Shown one piece after another: positions 29,132 to 39,092 of a DNA stretch of 50,841 nt. Where the stretch lies: positions 1-50,841 of the forward strand of contig JAJUJH010000004.1 in NCBI GenBank assembly GCA_029265435.1, in the 5' to 3' direction. The stretch is from Clostridiales bacterium (GTDB lineage: Bacteria; Bacillota; Clostridia; Christensenellales; SZUA-584). The translations under genes were made by a program, and so were the position numbers. Position 1 is the stretch's first letter; each line of letters starts with the position of its first letter. The notes under the pieces were generated by a model. It saw only the letters and a list, made by a program, of their open reading frames with translations. It was not told the DNA's origin and searched no databases.

Positions 29132-30253
29132 TCAGGTTAAAAGATTCTTTTCGCTTTCCGCATCGAACAGATGCATGTGCTGGCTGCTGAAAACCAGATC
29201 GATTCGGCTGCCGCTCGCAAACCATTCATTGCTTTCGATGGCAATATTGGAAGTCGAAATCCTTACCACACAATCCTTCCGCGCCACCTTTGCATGCAGA
29301 TAAATCTCGCTGCCCATCATTTCGGACACATCCACTTCGGCCGGTAATGCGCCCGGCTCGTCTTTTTTCGCCATCAATATGTGCTCCGGACGAATACCGA
29401 CGATAATATTCTTCGGTTCCTGCCCTTTTTCCTTCAATTTCTTCTGAATGCTTTCAGCGAGGCGGATCGCCGTGTTGCCGATCAGCACCTCATAAAAGCC
29501 GCCGCTGCATTCAAGCCGCGCATCGAAAAAATTCATTTGCGGAGAACCGATAAATCCGGCCACAAATATGTTCGCCGGCGATTCAAACACCTCCTGCGGC
29601 GTTCCGATCTGCTGGATAATGCCGTCCTTCATAATGACGATGCGATCGCCCAGCGTCATGGCCTCAATTTGGTCGTGGGTCACATACACAAAAGTGGTGT
29701 TAATCCTCTGCCTCAGTTTGATGATCTCGGCTCTCATCATGTTTCTGAGCTTCGCGTCAAGGTTCGAAAGAGGCTCGTCCATCAAAAAGACCTGCGGATT
29801 GCGCACAATGGCGCGGCCTATCGCCACTCTCTGGCGCTGCCCGCCGGAAAGAGCCTTGGGTTTCCTTTGCAGAAGATCGGTGATATTGAGTATCTCCGCC
29901 GCCTCACGGACCTTTTTGTCGATCTCGGCTTTCTTCTGCTTTCTGAGCTTTAAGGCAAACGCCATATTTTCATATACCGTCATATGAGGATACAGCGCAT
30001 AGTTTTGAAATACCATTGCGATGTCCCTGTCTTTCGGCGCGACCGAATTGACCAGCTTTTCGCCGATATACAGTTCTCCGCCGCTGATCTCCTCAAGCCC
30101 CGCGATCATCCTGAGCGTCGTGCTTTTGCCGCATCCCGAAGGCCCGACGAGCACGACAAACTCCTTGTCGTTTATTTCAAGGTTAAAATCGTCGACCGCA
30201 ACGATTCCCTTATCGTATACTTTTCTGATGTTTTTCAGACATACCTTCGCCAT
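29132..30253 (-). CDS. msmX: Sugar ABC transporter ATP-binding subunit, MsmX/MalK/UgpC type (full length, 373 aa)
   Basis: Trimmed to ATG 30253 ([16 protein letters not shown]...), preceded by GAAGGAG. Walker A, LSGGQRQR and Walker B are present, plus a C-terminal TOBE-like domain. Confidence 0.93.
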   Translation of the reverse strand: MAKVCLKNIRKVYDKGIVAVDDFNLEINDKEFVVLVGPSGCGKSTTLRMIAGLEEISGGELYIGEKLVNSVAPKDRDIAMVFQNYALYPHMTVYENMAFALKLRKQKKAEIDKKVREAAEILNITDLLQRKPKALSGGQRQRVAIGRAIVRNPQVFLMDEPLSNLDAKLRNMMRAEIIKLRQRINTTFVYVTHDQIEAMTLGDRIVIMKDGIIQQIGTPQEVFESPANIFVAGFIGSPQMNFFDARLECSGGFYEVLIGNTAIRLAESIQKKLKEKGQEPKNIIVGIRPEHILMAKKDEPGALPAEVDVSEMMGSEIYLHAKVARKDCVVRISTSNIAIESNEWFASGSRIDLVFSSQHMHLFDAESEKNLLT

Positions 30254-30275
30254 TCTTGACGACTCCTTCAACAGT

Positions 30276-31391
30276 TTATGATTGTATCCATGGCCTGAGC
30301 TGTGCAAAAAGCTCTTCACCCATTCTCCGATGCGTGATGAGCGACGGATGGTCGCCCGCACCGTAACCCTCCTCGATCGGGAAAATCCCGCCGAATTTAA
30401 AGCTGAATATCCGCTCGTCGGACGTTTCGTTTTTGTATTTTCGGACGACGCCGGCTATATTGTCATAAAGATAATAATCCATTGATCCAAGCGTGCAGCA
30501 GATCACAGGCTCCGCGCCGTTCAGACGCCTGACCAGCTTGATAAAGGCCAAATACCTCGATTCAAAATGGTCAATCTCCGCTTGCTTGTCTTTTGCCGCT
30601 TTTATCCGGTAAGAATCGTTTGTCCCCAGATTGATGACGATCGCGTCGGCCTTGAAGCGCCTAAAATCCCATTTTGTGAAATCTTCCCGTTTTCCGCGCG
30701 CCTCTTCATGCAGCCTGTCCGTGTATTCATAATAATCTTCCATGGCCTTGACTTTCACTCTGAGCCCCGGATATCCCGGCACTTCCAATGAAAAATCCGG
30801 ATCAATCGGATTGCACAGCGATATGCCGGATACGCTCACGCTGTGATATTCGGCGCCCAAAAGCCGGGCGGTCACAGCGCCGTACGCGGCCAATCCGTTT
30901 TCCTCTGCGGGTAAAAAACCGCCGTCCCGGTTTTTTGCCTCATTGCCATAACCGCAAGTGATGGAATCCCCGATAAGCTCCAGCCGCGGTTTTTTTGCCG
31001 GAGCGTTAAGCGGCAGCAGCTCTCCATCCATATCGATTCCCGCAATCCCGAATTTCCCTTTGTCGTTCTCTGAACGCTTGACGACTTTAATTTTATGCCT
31101 CTCAGGCTTTTGGCTTTCAAACAAAGGGCACGTTTGCATCGGGCGGTCAAGATGAACCTCTTTTACGGGAACATCCTCATCGTCGATGAATACCGAAACC
31201 ATAGGCCAAAGCGTTCCCTCCGGCTGAAAAACAGACTCGACCGCCACAAAGCACGCATCAACCCTTCTCCCCTCAAAAAACATTTCAAAGCCCGAACCCG
31301 TCCAGTTCATAAAAACGGCGCCGGTCTTCTCATCCTCGATTGTCCTTCTGAAGAAAGACAGCTTGTCTTGAATCATGTCTGTGCGCATCAT
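30276..31391 (-). CDS. SGNH/GDSL hydrolase, CE2-like carbohydrate acetyl esterase with N-terminal beta-sandwich
   Basis: 371 aa. An N-terminal module of about 140 aa precedes [15 protein letters not shown] (catalytic Ser block) and a C-terminal DHPS.. His block. No signal peptide is present. Confidence 0.7.
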   Translation of the reverse strand: MMRTDMIQDKLSFFRRTIEDEKTGAVFMNWTGSGFEMFFEGRRVDACFVAVESVFQPEGTLWPMVSVFIDDEDVPVKEVHLDRPMQTCPLFESQKPERHKIKVVKRSENDKGKFGIAGIDMDGELLPLNAPAKKPRLELIGDSITCGYGNEAKNRDGGFLPAEENGLAAYGAVTARLLGAEYHSVSVSGISLCNPIDPDFSLEVPGYPGLRVKVKAMEDYYEYTDRLHEEARGKREDFTKWDFRRFKADAIVINLGTNDSYRIKAAKDKQAEIDHFESRYLAFIKLVRRLNGAEPVICCTLGSMDYYLYDNIAGVVRKYKNETSDERIFSFKFGGIFPIEEGYGAGDHPSLITHRRMGEELFAQLRPWIQS

Positions 31392-32210
31392 CTATTTAAT
31401 CGCCCCCTGAACAACGCCCTTCACAATATGCTTCTGGCAGAATAAATAAACGATAAGCACCGGAAGAATCGTCAGAACGATTCCCGCCATCAAAGGCGCA
31501 AAATCAACGCTGTACGAATTGAAGAAATTATACGTGGACAGCGGCAGCGTTCTTTCCGCAGGCGACAGAAGCACAAGGCTCGGCAGCAGATAGTCGTTCC
31601 AAATCCAAAGCACATCGAGTATCAATACGGTTATGATAACCGGTTTTAAGAGCGGAAAAACAATTCTGAAAAAAGACTGCATTTTATTGCATCCGTCAAT
31701 CAAAGCCGCTTCTTCCATCTCCAGCGGGATATTCTTGATAAACCCGTGGAAAATGAAAATGGCAAACGCCTGGCCGAAACCCATATACATGAACATCAGC
31801 ACCCACTTGCTGTTCATCAGATCAAGGTTTCCGTATATGCTGACAAGAGGAATCATCACCGCCTGAAACGGCACGATCATAGACGCCACCAGTATCGCGA
31901 AAATGATCTTGTTGATTTTCCATTTATGCCTGACAAGGAAATAAGCGGCCATCGATGAGGAGAAAATGATCAGTATCACGCTTACGACCATAATGATCAG
32001 GCTGTTGGTGAACGCTCCCATAAAATTCATTTTCTTAAACGCATCGACATAGTTCTTAAAATCGATGCCGTTTGGCAATGAGAATGGGCTGTCAACAAAC
32101 TGCTGCGTCGTTTTGAACGAATTAATGACCATCAGATAGAACGGCACAATAAACAAAATCAGCAAAACCACGGTGAGTATGTATTTTCCGATGCCGTATT
32201 TCTTCTTCAT
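31392..32210 (-). CDS. Carbohydrate ABC transporter permease (MalG-like)
   Basis: 272 aa, polytopic, with EAA loop EEAALIDGCNKMQSFFRIVFPLLKP. Confidence 0.9.
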   Translation of the reverse strand: MKKKYGIGKYILTVVLLILFIVPFYLMVINSFKTTQQFVDSPFSLPNGIDFKNYVDAFKKMNFMGAFTNSLIIMVVSVILIIFSSSMAAYFLVRHKWKINKIIFAILVASMIVPFQAVMIPLVSIYGNLDLMNSKWVLMFMYMGFGQAFAIFIFHGFIKNIPLEMEEAALIDGCNKMQSFFRIVFPLLKPVIITVLILDVLWIWNDYLLPSLVLLSPAERTLPLSTYNFFNSYSVDFAPLMAGIVLTILPVLIVYLFCQKHIVKGVVQGAIK

Positions 32211-33091
32211 GCTTCCACCTCATACCGTTTCGTGAGAAGCACCTGTGTCACAGCCACAACTGCCACCACGATAAACAACATAATCGCTTCCGCTTGTCCA
32301 AGGCCGTATTGGCTTGCCTGGAAAGCCTTTTGATAAATATGCATCGACGCCAGCCTCGTGGAACCGTAAGGCGCGCCGTTGGTGAGCGCAAGGTTAAGGT
32401 CGTACGCCATAAATCCTCTTGAAATCGTAATAAAGAAACAAATGATAAACGACGGCACCATCAGCGGAATCGTCACCTTAAACAGCTTTTTCAAGCCCGT
32501 CGCACCGTCGAGGCTGGCCGCTTCCTGAACGTCTCTGGGGATGCTGACAAAACCGGCCACGTAGATCATCATCAGATAACCCGCATATTGCCATACGGTC
32601 ACAACGATCATCGCAAATATGGCGCTGTCCGGATTGGTCAGCAGCGACGTGGTTAACGGCGCATATTCGAGGCTCTTTCCAATCTGCGTTACCACATTGG
32701 CGAATATAAACTTCCATATGTAACCCAAAACGATACCGCCGATAAGGTTCGGGGTGAAAAACCCGGCGCGGAAAAAGTTTTGAGCCTTCAGGTTGCTGGT
32801 AAGCAGATATGCCAGCAGAAACGCCACAAGATTGCACAAAACGGCCGAGAAAAAGACGTAACTCAGCGTTTTCAAAAGCGAATCGAGAAAAGCCTTGTCG
32901 GTAAAAGCCGCCGCAAAATTGCCGAACCCGATAAAGTCGCTTGTTCTTGTGATCGGGCTGTAATTCGTAAAAGTCAAATAAACACCGTATAAAAACGGTA
33001 TGAGCAGCACACAGGTAAACGCAATCAGCGAAGGCCCCATAAAAGCGATGAACGATCCCGTGTTGCGCAATGCTTTTGCTTTTTTCTTCAT
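32207..33091 (-). CDS. Carbohydrate ABC transporter permease (MalF-like)
   Basis: Trimmed to ATG 33091 (MKKKAKALRNTGSFIAF...). EAA loop QEAASLDGATGLKKLFKVTIP is present. Confidence 0.88.
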   Translation of the reverse strand: MKKKAKALRNTGSFIAFMGPSLIAFTCVLLIPFLYGVYLTFTNYSPITRTSDFIGFGNFAAAFTDKAFLDSLLKTLSYVFFSAVLCNLVAFLLAYLLTSNLKAQNFFRAGFFTPNLIGGIVLGYIWKFIFANVVTQIGKSLEYAPLTTSLLTNPDSAIFAMIVVTVWQYAGYLMMIYVAGFVSIPRDVQEAASLDGATGLKKLFKVTIPLMVPSFIICFFITISRGFMAYDLNLALTNGAPYGSTRLASMHIYQKAFQASQYGLGQAEAIMLFIVVAVVAVTQVLLTKRYEVEA

Positions 33092-33164
33092 AATCTGCAC
33101 CCCTATTGACGAGGCGGATAACGGGTGTCCGCTATCCGCCTCCATCCTTATTCCGATACTGAGT

Positions 33165-34541
33165 TTACTTGATTGACTGCCAGTACGCGTCGATTCCTTC
33201 AGCCAAGCCTTTTCTGTCAATGGCGCCGCTGATATACTGGAGCATCAGGTTGCCCGTCTGCGTCCAAGCGTCGCCCGTGATGTACGAGAAGCAGCCCAGG
33301 TTGATTGTTTTGCCTTTGCTTGCGTATTCGGCGATCGACTGTGTCATCGTGTTGTATTCCACATCCGTTCTGACGTTCTTGTAAGGCATGCAGAATCCCG
33401 CATCGATGAAGAACTGCTGGCCTTCCGGATCGGTGAGCATCCATTCGAGCGCGTCAAGAGCCGCCTTTTGCTGTTCGGGTGTGCTCTGGGATTTGTCGAT
33501 GGCGTTGAACTTGGGCAGCACCATGACAACCTGCGTGTTGCCGTAATCGTCCGGGTTGTTGCTCCACGGCACCGGAATAAAGCCGTAATCCGTGTCGATG
33601 TTCTCAAGAGATGTCATAGACGTCCACGCCCAGTCTCCCATGAAGAATGTGGCGCATTTGCCCTGCGCAAAAGCCTGCACGTCCTTGTTATAGTCTCCGA
33701 CCAGCGGATCAGCCTTGTTGTAGTTGTGCTCCACCAGAATATCGAGCGTATCCATATACCCTTGGAAGATCGGGCTGTCTTCGATTTTCTGCGTGCCGGC
33801 CTTCAGACCGTCGATGAATCCCGTACCGTCGGATGTGGCCGGGCCCTGAACCGCATAGCTCAGCGTGAGATAGTGGCCGCCAAGAGACCAGTTTGCACCG
33901 TGAAGCATCGTGGCAGGTATGCCGGCCGCTTCAATCTTCTCGAGGAAAGCCTTCAACGCATCCTGCGTGTTGATCGTCGAGGGATCAAACGAACCTCCGT
34001 ACACCTCGTTCACGACACGCTTGTTGTAGAGGAGACCGTACCCCTGAACGCTGAAAGGCACGCCCAGGATCTTTCCGTCAAATGTGCCCGCGTCAATAAC
34101 GCCGTCGTTGGCCTGCTCAAGCCACGGAGACGTTTCGACCGACAGCTCGAGCAGATTGTCCTGATACTCGATCACGTTAGCCGGGTCAACATTCATAAAT
34201 GTCGGCGCATTTCCCGATGCGTAAAGCGACTGCAGCTTTTCCTGCTGCCCTTCGCCGACGCCCGTCGGTATAAGCTCAATCGTCACATTCGGATGAAGCT
34301 CATGGTATCTCGCAAACATTTTTTCAAACATTGCGTTGACTTCGGCGGAAGTGTTAAAATAAGTGATTGTAACGGGTTCTTCGCTGCCAGCTGAAGACTC
34401 TGTTTCCGTTGCTGCCGGGCTCTCGCTTGCAGTGTTCGATGCGCCAGAATCGGCTGCAGGCGACTGCTCGGCACATGCTGCGAACATCATAACAGTCATG
34501 AGAACTGCAAGGATCATCGCTAATGTTTTTCCCTTTTTCAT
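33165..34541 (-). CDS. Extracellular sugar-binding lipoprotein of the second ABC transporter
   Basis: MKKGKTLAMILAVLMTVMMFAAC is a lipoprotein signal, followed by a Ser/Glu/Ala-rich linker; 458 aa. Confidence 0.88.
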   Translation of the reverse strand: MKKGKTLAMILAVLMTVMMFAACAEQSPAADSGASNTASESPAATETESSAGSEEPVTITYFNTSAEVNAMFEKMFARYHELHPNVTIELIPTGVGEGQQEKLQSLYASGNAPTFMNVDPANVIEYQDNLLELSVETSPWLEQANDGVIDAGTFDGKILGVPFSVQGYGLLYNKRVVNEVYGGSFDPSTINTQDALKAFLEKIEAAGIPATMLHGANWSLGGHYLTLSYAVQGPATSDGTGFIDGLKAGTQKIEDSPIFQGYMDTLDILVEHNYNKADPLVGDYNKDVQAFAQGKCATFFMGDWAWTSMTSLENIDTDYGFIPVPWSNNPDDYGNTQVVMVLPKFNAIDKSQSTPEQQKAALDALEWMLTDPEGQQFFIDAGFCMPYKNVRTDVEYNTMTQSIAEYASKGKTINLGCFSYITGDAWTQTGNLMLQYISGAIDRKGLAEGIDAYWQSIK

Positions 34542-34613
34542 TGGTGACCTCCTGATTAATAATTATTGTGTCCATACAAGGTTTAAATAACCCCATATGC
34601 GTATCACATTTTG

Positions 34614-34642
34614 ATATTAATCGAGCCGGCCAGAAATGTCAA
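34614..34642 (-). promoter_or_regulatory. Sigma-A promoter of the second ABC operon (TTGACA-17-TAATAT)
   Basis: Minus-strand reading gives -35 TTGACA at 34642-34637, inside the palindrome 34636-34653. The -10 TAATAT is at 34619-34614, about 70 nt upstream of the SBP ATG. Confidence 0.55.
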
Positions 34643-34653
34643 CCCTTTGACAT
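34636..34653. promoter_or_regulatory. 18-bp palindromic operator candidate ATGTCAA-CCCT-TTGACAT
   Basis: The 7-nt arms are perfect inverted repeats, and the site overlaps the -35 box. The same 7-4-7 architecture recurs at 34786 and 39847. Confidence 0.5.
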
Positions 34654-34785
34654 GCCTTCCGTTCCCCATTCGATCTTGTTTTATGGTTGAACACGCATTA
34701 TTTCGAAAGATAAACAGCAATTATTAATTAATTCTTGTTATAATTACCATATATATCTCATTTTCCATGTTCGTCTTCGATATTT

Positions 34786-34803
34786 ATGTCATACGTTTGA
34801 CAT
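34786..34803. promoter_or_regulatory. 18-bp palindromic operator candidate ATGTCAT-ACGT-TTGACAT
   Basis: Arms match in 6 of 7 positions around a central ACGT. The site lies between the lacI stop and the SBP gene. Confidence 0.45.
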
Positions 34804-34857
34804 TATTCCGCGTTTCTGCTATGCTGTAACCGCCCGAACAAAAAGGCCGCTCATTCG

Positions 34858-35832
34858 TCAGGTGCTCTCTCTTTGGATGAGCTTAACAGGGAAAATCGTA
34901 TTGACCGGTATGCTCTTCTCTTTGTAATTGATGATGCTTTCAACCGCAAAGCGGCAGTTGTCATCAATCGGCTGGCTGATCGTGGTCAGCGCCGGCGTAT
35001 AAAAATCGGCGAGGTCGGTATCGTCATATCCGATCACCTTGATGCGTTCGGGAACGGCAATCGCGTTCTTTGCACAGAAGCGAAGAATCTGAGCCGCAAT
35101 GATGTCGTTTGATGCAAATATCGAATCCACATCGGGATGGTGATGAAAAAAATCCTCTATGCTTTCCATATATTTCATAGTTATAAAGCATTCGCTCGGA
35201 GCCGAATGGAGAACCGGCTCAATGCCCAGCTCTTTGAACGTATCCGCAAAGCCGTCATATCTCAGGTTGGCGTGCATGCCCGTTCTCAAAGCGTCCATAA
35301 AATAGGCCGGGCGCTTGCAGCCCTTCTCGATCAGATGTTTTGCCGCAAGCACGCCGCCGTTATAGTTATCCGAGCAGACCGAAGGGATATGAGGAGACAG
35401 CGTTCTGTCGAAAGTGATGATTGGCGCACTGAAGTTCAGATACTTTTCGAGGTCTTGGGTATGGCTGGCCAGAATCACGCCGGCCACCTTATGCGCTTTG
35501 AGCATATTGAAATAATCAATCTCCTTTTCCGTTTCATGGTTGGAAATGCAGAGAAGAAGCTTGTAGCCGTACATGGCCGAATACCGCTCAATGCAGTTTA
35601 TGACCTTGCAGAAAAAGTAGTTATTGGCGGATGCAACGATCAGCCCGATCATATGGCTGCTTTTCTTTGAGAGCGAGCGTGCAAGTTCATTCGGCTGATA
35701 GTCCAGTTCTTTCATTGCCTTGTTGATCTTGTCACGTGTCTTCTGACTGACCTGCACCCGGTTGTTCAGCATTCTTGAAACGGTCGTCACCGTCACGCCG
35801 GCGCGTTCGGCAACATCTTTAAGGGTGGCCAT
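34858..35832 (-). CDS. LacI/GalR-family transcriptional regulator (second copy)
   Basis: HTH MATLKDVAERAGVTVTTVSRMLNN followed by a sugar-binding-fold effector domain; 324 aa. Confidence 0.9.
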   Translation of the reverse strand: MATLKDVAERAGVTVTTVSRMLNNRVQVSQKTRDKINKAMKELDYQPNELARSLSKKSSHMIGLIVASANNYFFCKVINCIERYSAMYGYKLLLCISNHETEKEIDYFNMLKAHKVAGVILASHTQDLEKYLNFSAPIITFDRTLSPHIPSVCSDNYNGGVLAAKHLIEKGCKRPAYFMDALRTGMHANLRYDGFADTFKELGIEPVLHSAPSECFITMKYMESIEDFFHHHPDVDSIFASNDIIAAQILRFCAKNAIAVPERIKVIGYDDTDLADFYTPALTTISQPIDDNCRFAVESIINYKEKSIPVNTIFPVKLIQREST

Positions 35833-35896
35833 TATGATTTCTCCTTCAATGATGATGGGTATTATATCGGCTTTAATATATCATCCGGATAAATGA

Positions 35897-35914
35897 GTGT
35901 CAAACGCATAACAT
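35897..35914. promoter_or_regulatory. Degenerate copy of the 7-4-7 palindrome (GTGTCAA-ACGC-ATAACAT)
   Basis: Lies in the divergent intergenic region between lacI (35832) and the serine hydrolase gene (35963). The left arm matches 6 of 7 positions and the right arm 5 of 7. Confidence 0.3.
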
Positions 35915-35962
35915 TTGTGAGCAAGGCAGTATTGCAATTATATACAGCAAAGGAATGATCAT

Positions 35963-37486
35963 ATGTACAGAAAAGAGTTTTTACGCACAACGCCCGAATC
36001 TGTCGGAATCTCAAGCGGTTCGGTCCAGAGCCTTATCGACAGGCTGGAAAGCGGTTTTACCGAGATGCACGGCATCCAGATCATGCGGCACGGCAAAATA
36101 TGCGCCGAGGGCTGGTGGGCTCCTTACTCGCCGCACCTCCGGCACAACTTAATGTCCGTAACGAAAACCTATACCGGAACGGCCATTGGCATTGCATATA
36201 CCGAAGGCCTTCTCAAACTGACGGACAGAATCGTTGATATTTTCCCCGAAGAATCTCCGAAGCATCCGGATGCGTTTTTGGCTTCGCTGACGGTGCGCGA
36301 CCTGCTCTGTATGGGCTGCGGCATGGACAGCGAGCCTGTGCCGACGCGCAGCTGGATCCGCGACTTTATTTCAACGCCCGTGATATATAAACCCGGAACA
36401 CGGTTCCGATACAACAGCGTCAGTTCTTCTTTTCTGGGCGCCGTTATCACGAAAATAACCGGACAGGGATTGATTGAATTTCTGACGCCGCGACTGTTCC
36501 ATAAGATCGGCATCCGTGCGGACAATCTGCTTTGCGGCAAAATGCCCGACGGCATCGACGCCGGCGGCGCGGGGCTTTACGCCACCACGGAGGACAATCT
36601 GAGGCTGATGAAGCTTTACCTCGACGGAGGCGTATGGGAGGGACAAAGGATACTCGCCGAAGACTATGTCCGGCTTGCCACGACTGCGCAAATCGATACC
36701 TCCGGAGAAGCGGAAATGTATCCTTTCGCCAAAGACAATTTCTGCGGATACGGCTTTCAGATTTGGATGTGCCGTCCCGAAGGCGTGTACCGTGCCGACG
36801 GCGCGATGGGACAGTTTTCGGTTGTCAGCCCAAAGCTGGATATGGTCATATCCGTTACCGAAACCGGCCGCGGCATTGACGGCCCCCAAAAAACGCTCGA
36901 CGCCATATGGGATTTTCTGAAGGATATCGGTCCTGAACCGCTGCCCGAAGATCCGCCGGCCGCTGCAGCGCTCAAAAAACGGCTCTCTGCACTCGCGCTG
37001 AAAAGTCCCGCGCGTCGGCCATGCAGTGCTGTTCTGCCGCTTATTGACGGACGGGTCTTTGATGTGACGGAAGGGATTCTGTGTTTTGAGAATCAAACGC
37101 TTGCGTCGTTCTGCGGACTGAAGCTGTCGTCTGGGATATCCCAGTTCTGCTTTCAGTTTTCATCGGACTCCTGCATCATGTATTTTGTGCAGGATTGCAT
37201 TGAATATACCGCAAACATCGCGCTGGACGGCACAAGAACGCTGAACGATCTGTCTTTCCAAGACAGCATCGCCACGCTTGTCTGCATGAGCGGCGCATGG
37301 ACAGCGGAAAACGTCTTTACGGTCACAGCGCGCTGGATCGAAACGTCCTTTGAAAAAGAAGTCCATTTCAGCTTTCATGACAGCCAATGTGTCATCACAA
37401 CAAGCGACCCGCTGGAAAGTGTCGGCCCGACAGGCGAGCTGAACGAGCCTCCGTCAAAAGCGATCATGCGGCGGTTTCATTCATAA
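35963..37486 (+). CDS. Serine hydrolase of the beta-lactamase/class C esterase (EstB-like) fold with an extra C-terminal domain
   Basis: 507 aa. An S-x-x-K motif SVTK lies near residue 66, in the context LMSVTKTYTGTAIG. About 150 residues extend beyond the usual core of roughly 350 aa. No signal peptide is present. Confidence 0.75.
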   Translation: MYRKEFLRTTPESVGISSGSVQSLIDRLESGFTEMHGIQIMRHGKICAEGWWAPYSPHLRHNLMSVTKTYTGTAIGIAYTEGLLKLTDRIVDIFPEESPKHPDAFLASLTVRDLLCMGCGMDSEPVPTRSWIRDFISTPVIYKPGTRFRYNSVSSSFLGAVITKITGQGLIEFLTPRLFHKIGIRADNLLCGKMPDGIDAGGAGLYATTEDNLRLMKLYLDGGVWEGQRILAEDYVRLATTAQIDTSGEAEMYPFAKDNFCGYGFQIWMCRPEGVYRADGAMGQFSVVSPKLDMVISVTETGRGIDGPQKTLDAIWDFLKDIGPEPLPEDPPAAAALKKRLSALALKSPARRPCSAVLPLIDGRVFDVTEGILCFENQTLASFCGLKLSSGISQFCFQFSSDSCIMYFVQDCIEYTANIALDGTRTLNDLSFQDSIATLVCMSGAWTAENVFTVTARWIETSFEKEVHFSFHDSQCVITTSDPLESVGPTGELNEPPSKAIMRRFHS

Positions 37487-37538
37487 GCCGGTATATCCGG
37501 CCTCCCGTTTTCTCCTTGACGATCCCGTTTTTCGGGCA

Positions 37539-37581
37539 TGAACGAAGCCCCTGCCGCCATTCGCAGCAGGGGCTTCGTTCA
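37539..37581. terminator. Long perfect hairpin between convergent genes (16-bp stem, 11-nt loop)
   Basis: TGAACGAAGCCCCTGC (37539-37554) pairs perfectly with GCAGGGGCTTCGTTCA (37566-37581). No clean U-tract follows immediately on either strand. Confidence 0.5.
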
Positions 37582-37606
37582 CTCATCTCCGCTTATTTTT
37601 TTCGGC

Positions 37607-39070
37607 TTAAATTTGATACCTTTCAAGCTTTCCGTCAACGCTGTATTCGATGTATGCGGTATTTTCCTTAAAGCTTGCAACTAAACGGCTTTTCTCATCC
37701 CCGTTGACCCAGCTCATCGCCAGTTCGTTCTCCGAAGCATGATCCATATAAAATGTTCCGTCGAAGCTCGGATGCTGATTTCTGAATCGTATCAGCCGGA
37801 TCAGCCGCTTCACAACGCCGCGCTGAGTCTCCTTTCCGATTTCTTCAAGCGAGTAATTATATCGGTTGATCTCCCTTCCGTCCCCCGTTTTTTCAGCCAG
37901 ATCATATTGATTGACGCCCGCAAGCAGCCCTACATAATAGACCTGCGGGATTCCGGGTGTGAAAAACTGTATGGCTCTGGCAAGGATATAGTCGTCATCG
38001 TTTTCACCCAGCATGGAATAGATCGTGCCGCGTATCTGGTGAACATCGAATCCGCCTTCCAGCTTATGCGCATCGGAATAGACTTTGCTCAGGTTTGACC
38101 CTCTTTCCATGCAGATATCAACAATTTTTGCGGCGTCCTTCACCTCAACCAAATCATTGAGATCGGGCATCACCGGCAGACCGTCATGACAGTCCAGCAT
38201 TGTGAACTGATTCCACGGCCGCTCTTTCAGATACTGGCCGAGTCTGTCGAAGCGTTTCAGCAACAAAGCCTCAAGAATCCGAAACGGCAGTATGAAATCG
38301 TATATCCAGTATCCCCTTTCGGCCAGCTTATATTGAATGGAATAATGCGCGTGAACCTCCGGCAGCAAAGCAAGGCCGTATTTCGCGGCGAGTCCCGATA
38401 TCCAGTTCAAAAAATCATATATTTCGGGTTCGACGAAGAAGCACGAGGTTCCCGGCTTCTTTATCACATAGCCCACCGCGTCAAGCCGCACGATCTTCAC
38501 GCCGTGGCTGCTGAAATTTTTCAGTATGCTTTCGAACATCGCCTTGGCTTCATCCGAATAGATATCGATGTCGATTTGCTCGGAAGGCTCTGTCTTGCCG
38601 AAAGTCGTCCAGACTTTGACCTTGCCGTAACCCTTCGCTTCATATTCGGAGTATGGCCGCTCGCGGCGCAGGAATATCCGGTCGATATCCTTTTGGACAG
38701 GCCGGCCGTCCTCCCAAATTTTATCCAGCGTGATAAAAAGGTTCTTGTATTTGGATTCCGGTCCGTTGCGCAAAAAATCCTGGAAGGGCTCTGACTGTCT
38801 GGAGATATGGTTGACCATGAGATCGATGACGATGTCATGGCTGCGGCTGACAGCCTCAATGTCTTCCCACGTCCCGAATTCCTTTTCGATCTCGAAATAG
38901 CTGATCGGCGCAAAGCCGCGGTCTCCCGACGACGGAAACGGCGGCAGGATGTGGACGCCGCCTTCAAAAACACCGTCAAAATATGTGTTCAGCGCAATAT
39001 CCAGTTCCTTTAAGTCTTTCCCCAGCGAATTCGGGTATGTGATAAGCTGCACTTTGTTCTTGATGCCCAT
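37607..39070 (-). CDS. GH13 subfamily 18 alpha-glucoside phosphorylase (sucrose-phosphorylase family; specificity unresolved)
   Basis: 487 aa. KNKVQLITY, VNH, nucleophile block RLDAVGY, acid/base EVH, LDCHDG and GIPQVYYVGLLAG are collinear with sucrose phosphorylases as I recall them. Confidence 0.88.
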   Translation of the reverse strand: MGIKNKVQLITYPNSLGKDLKELDIALNTYFDGVFEGGVHILPPFPSSGDRGFAPISYFEIEKEFGTWEDIEAVSRSHDIVIDLMVNHISRQSEPFQDFLRNGPESKYKNLFITLDKIWEDGRPVQKDIDRIFLRRERPYSEYEAKGYGKVKVWTTFGKTEPSEQIDIDIYSDEAKAMFESILKNFSSHGVKIVRLDAVGYVIKKPGTSCFFVEPEIYDFLNWISGLAAKYGLALLPEVHAHYSIQYKLAERGYWIYDFILPFRILEALLLKRFDRLGQYLKERPWNQFTMLDCHDGLPVMPDLNDLVEVKDAAKIVDICMERGSNLSKVYSDAHKLEGGFDVHQIRGTIYSMLGENDDDYILARAIQFFTPGIPQVYYVGLLAGVNQYDLAEKTGDGREINRYNYSLEEIGKETQRGVVKRLIRLIRFRNQHPSFDGTFYMDHASENELAMSWVNGDEKSRLVASFKENTAYIEYSVDGKLERYQI

Positions 39071-39092
39071 TTTCGTCTCCTTGCCGATTGCG

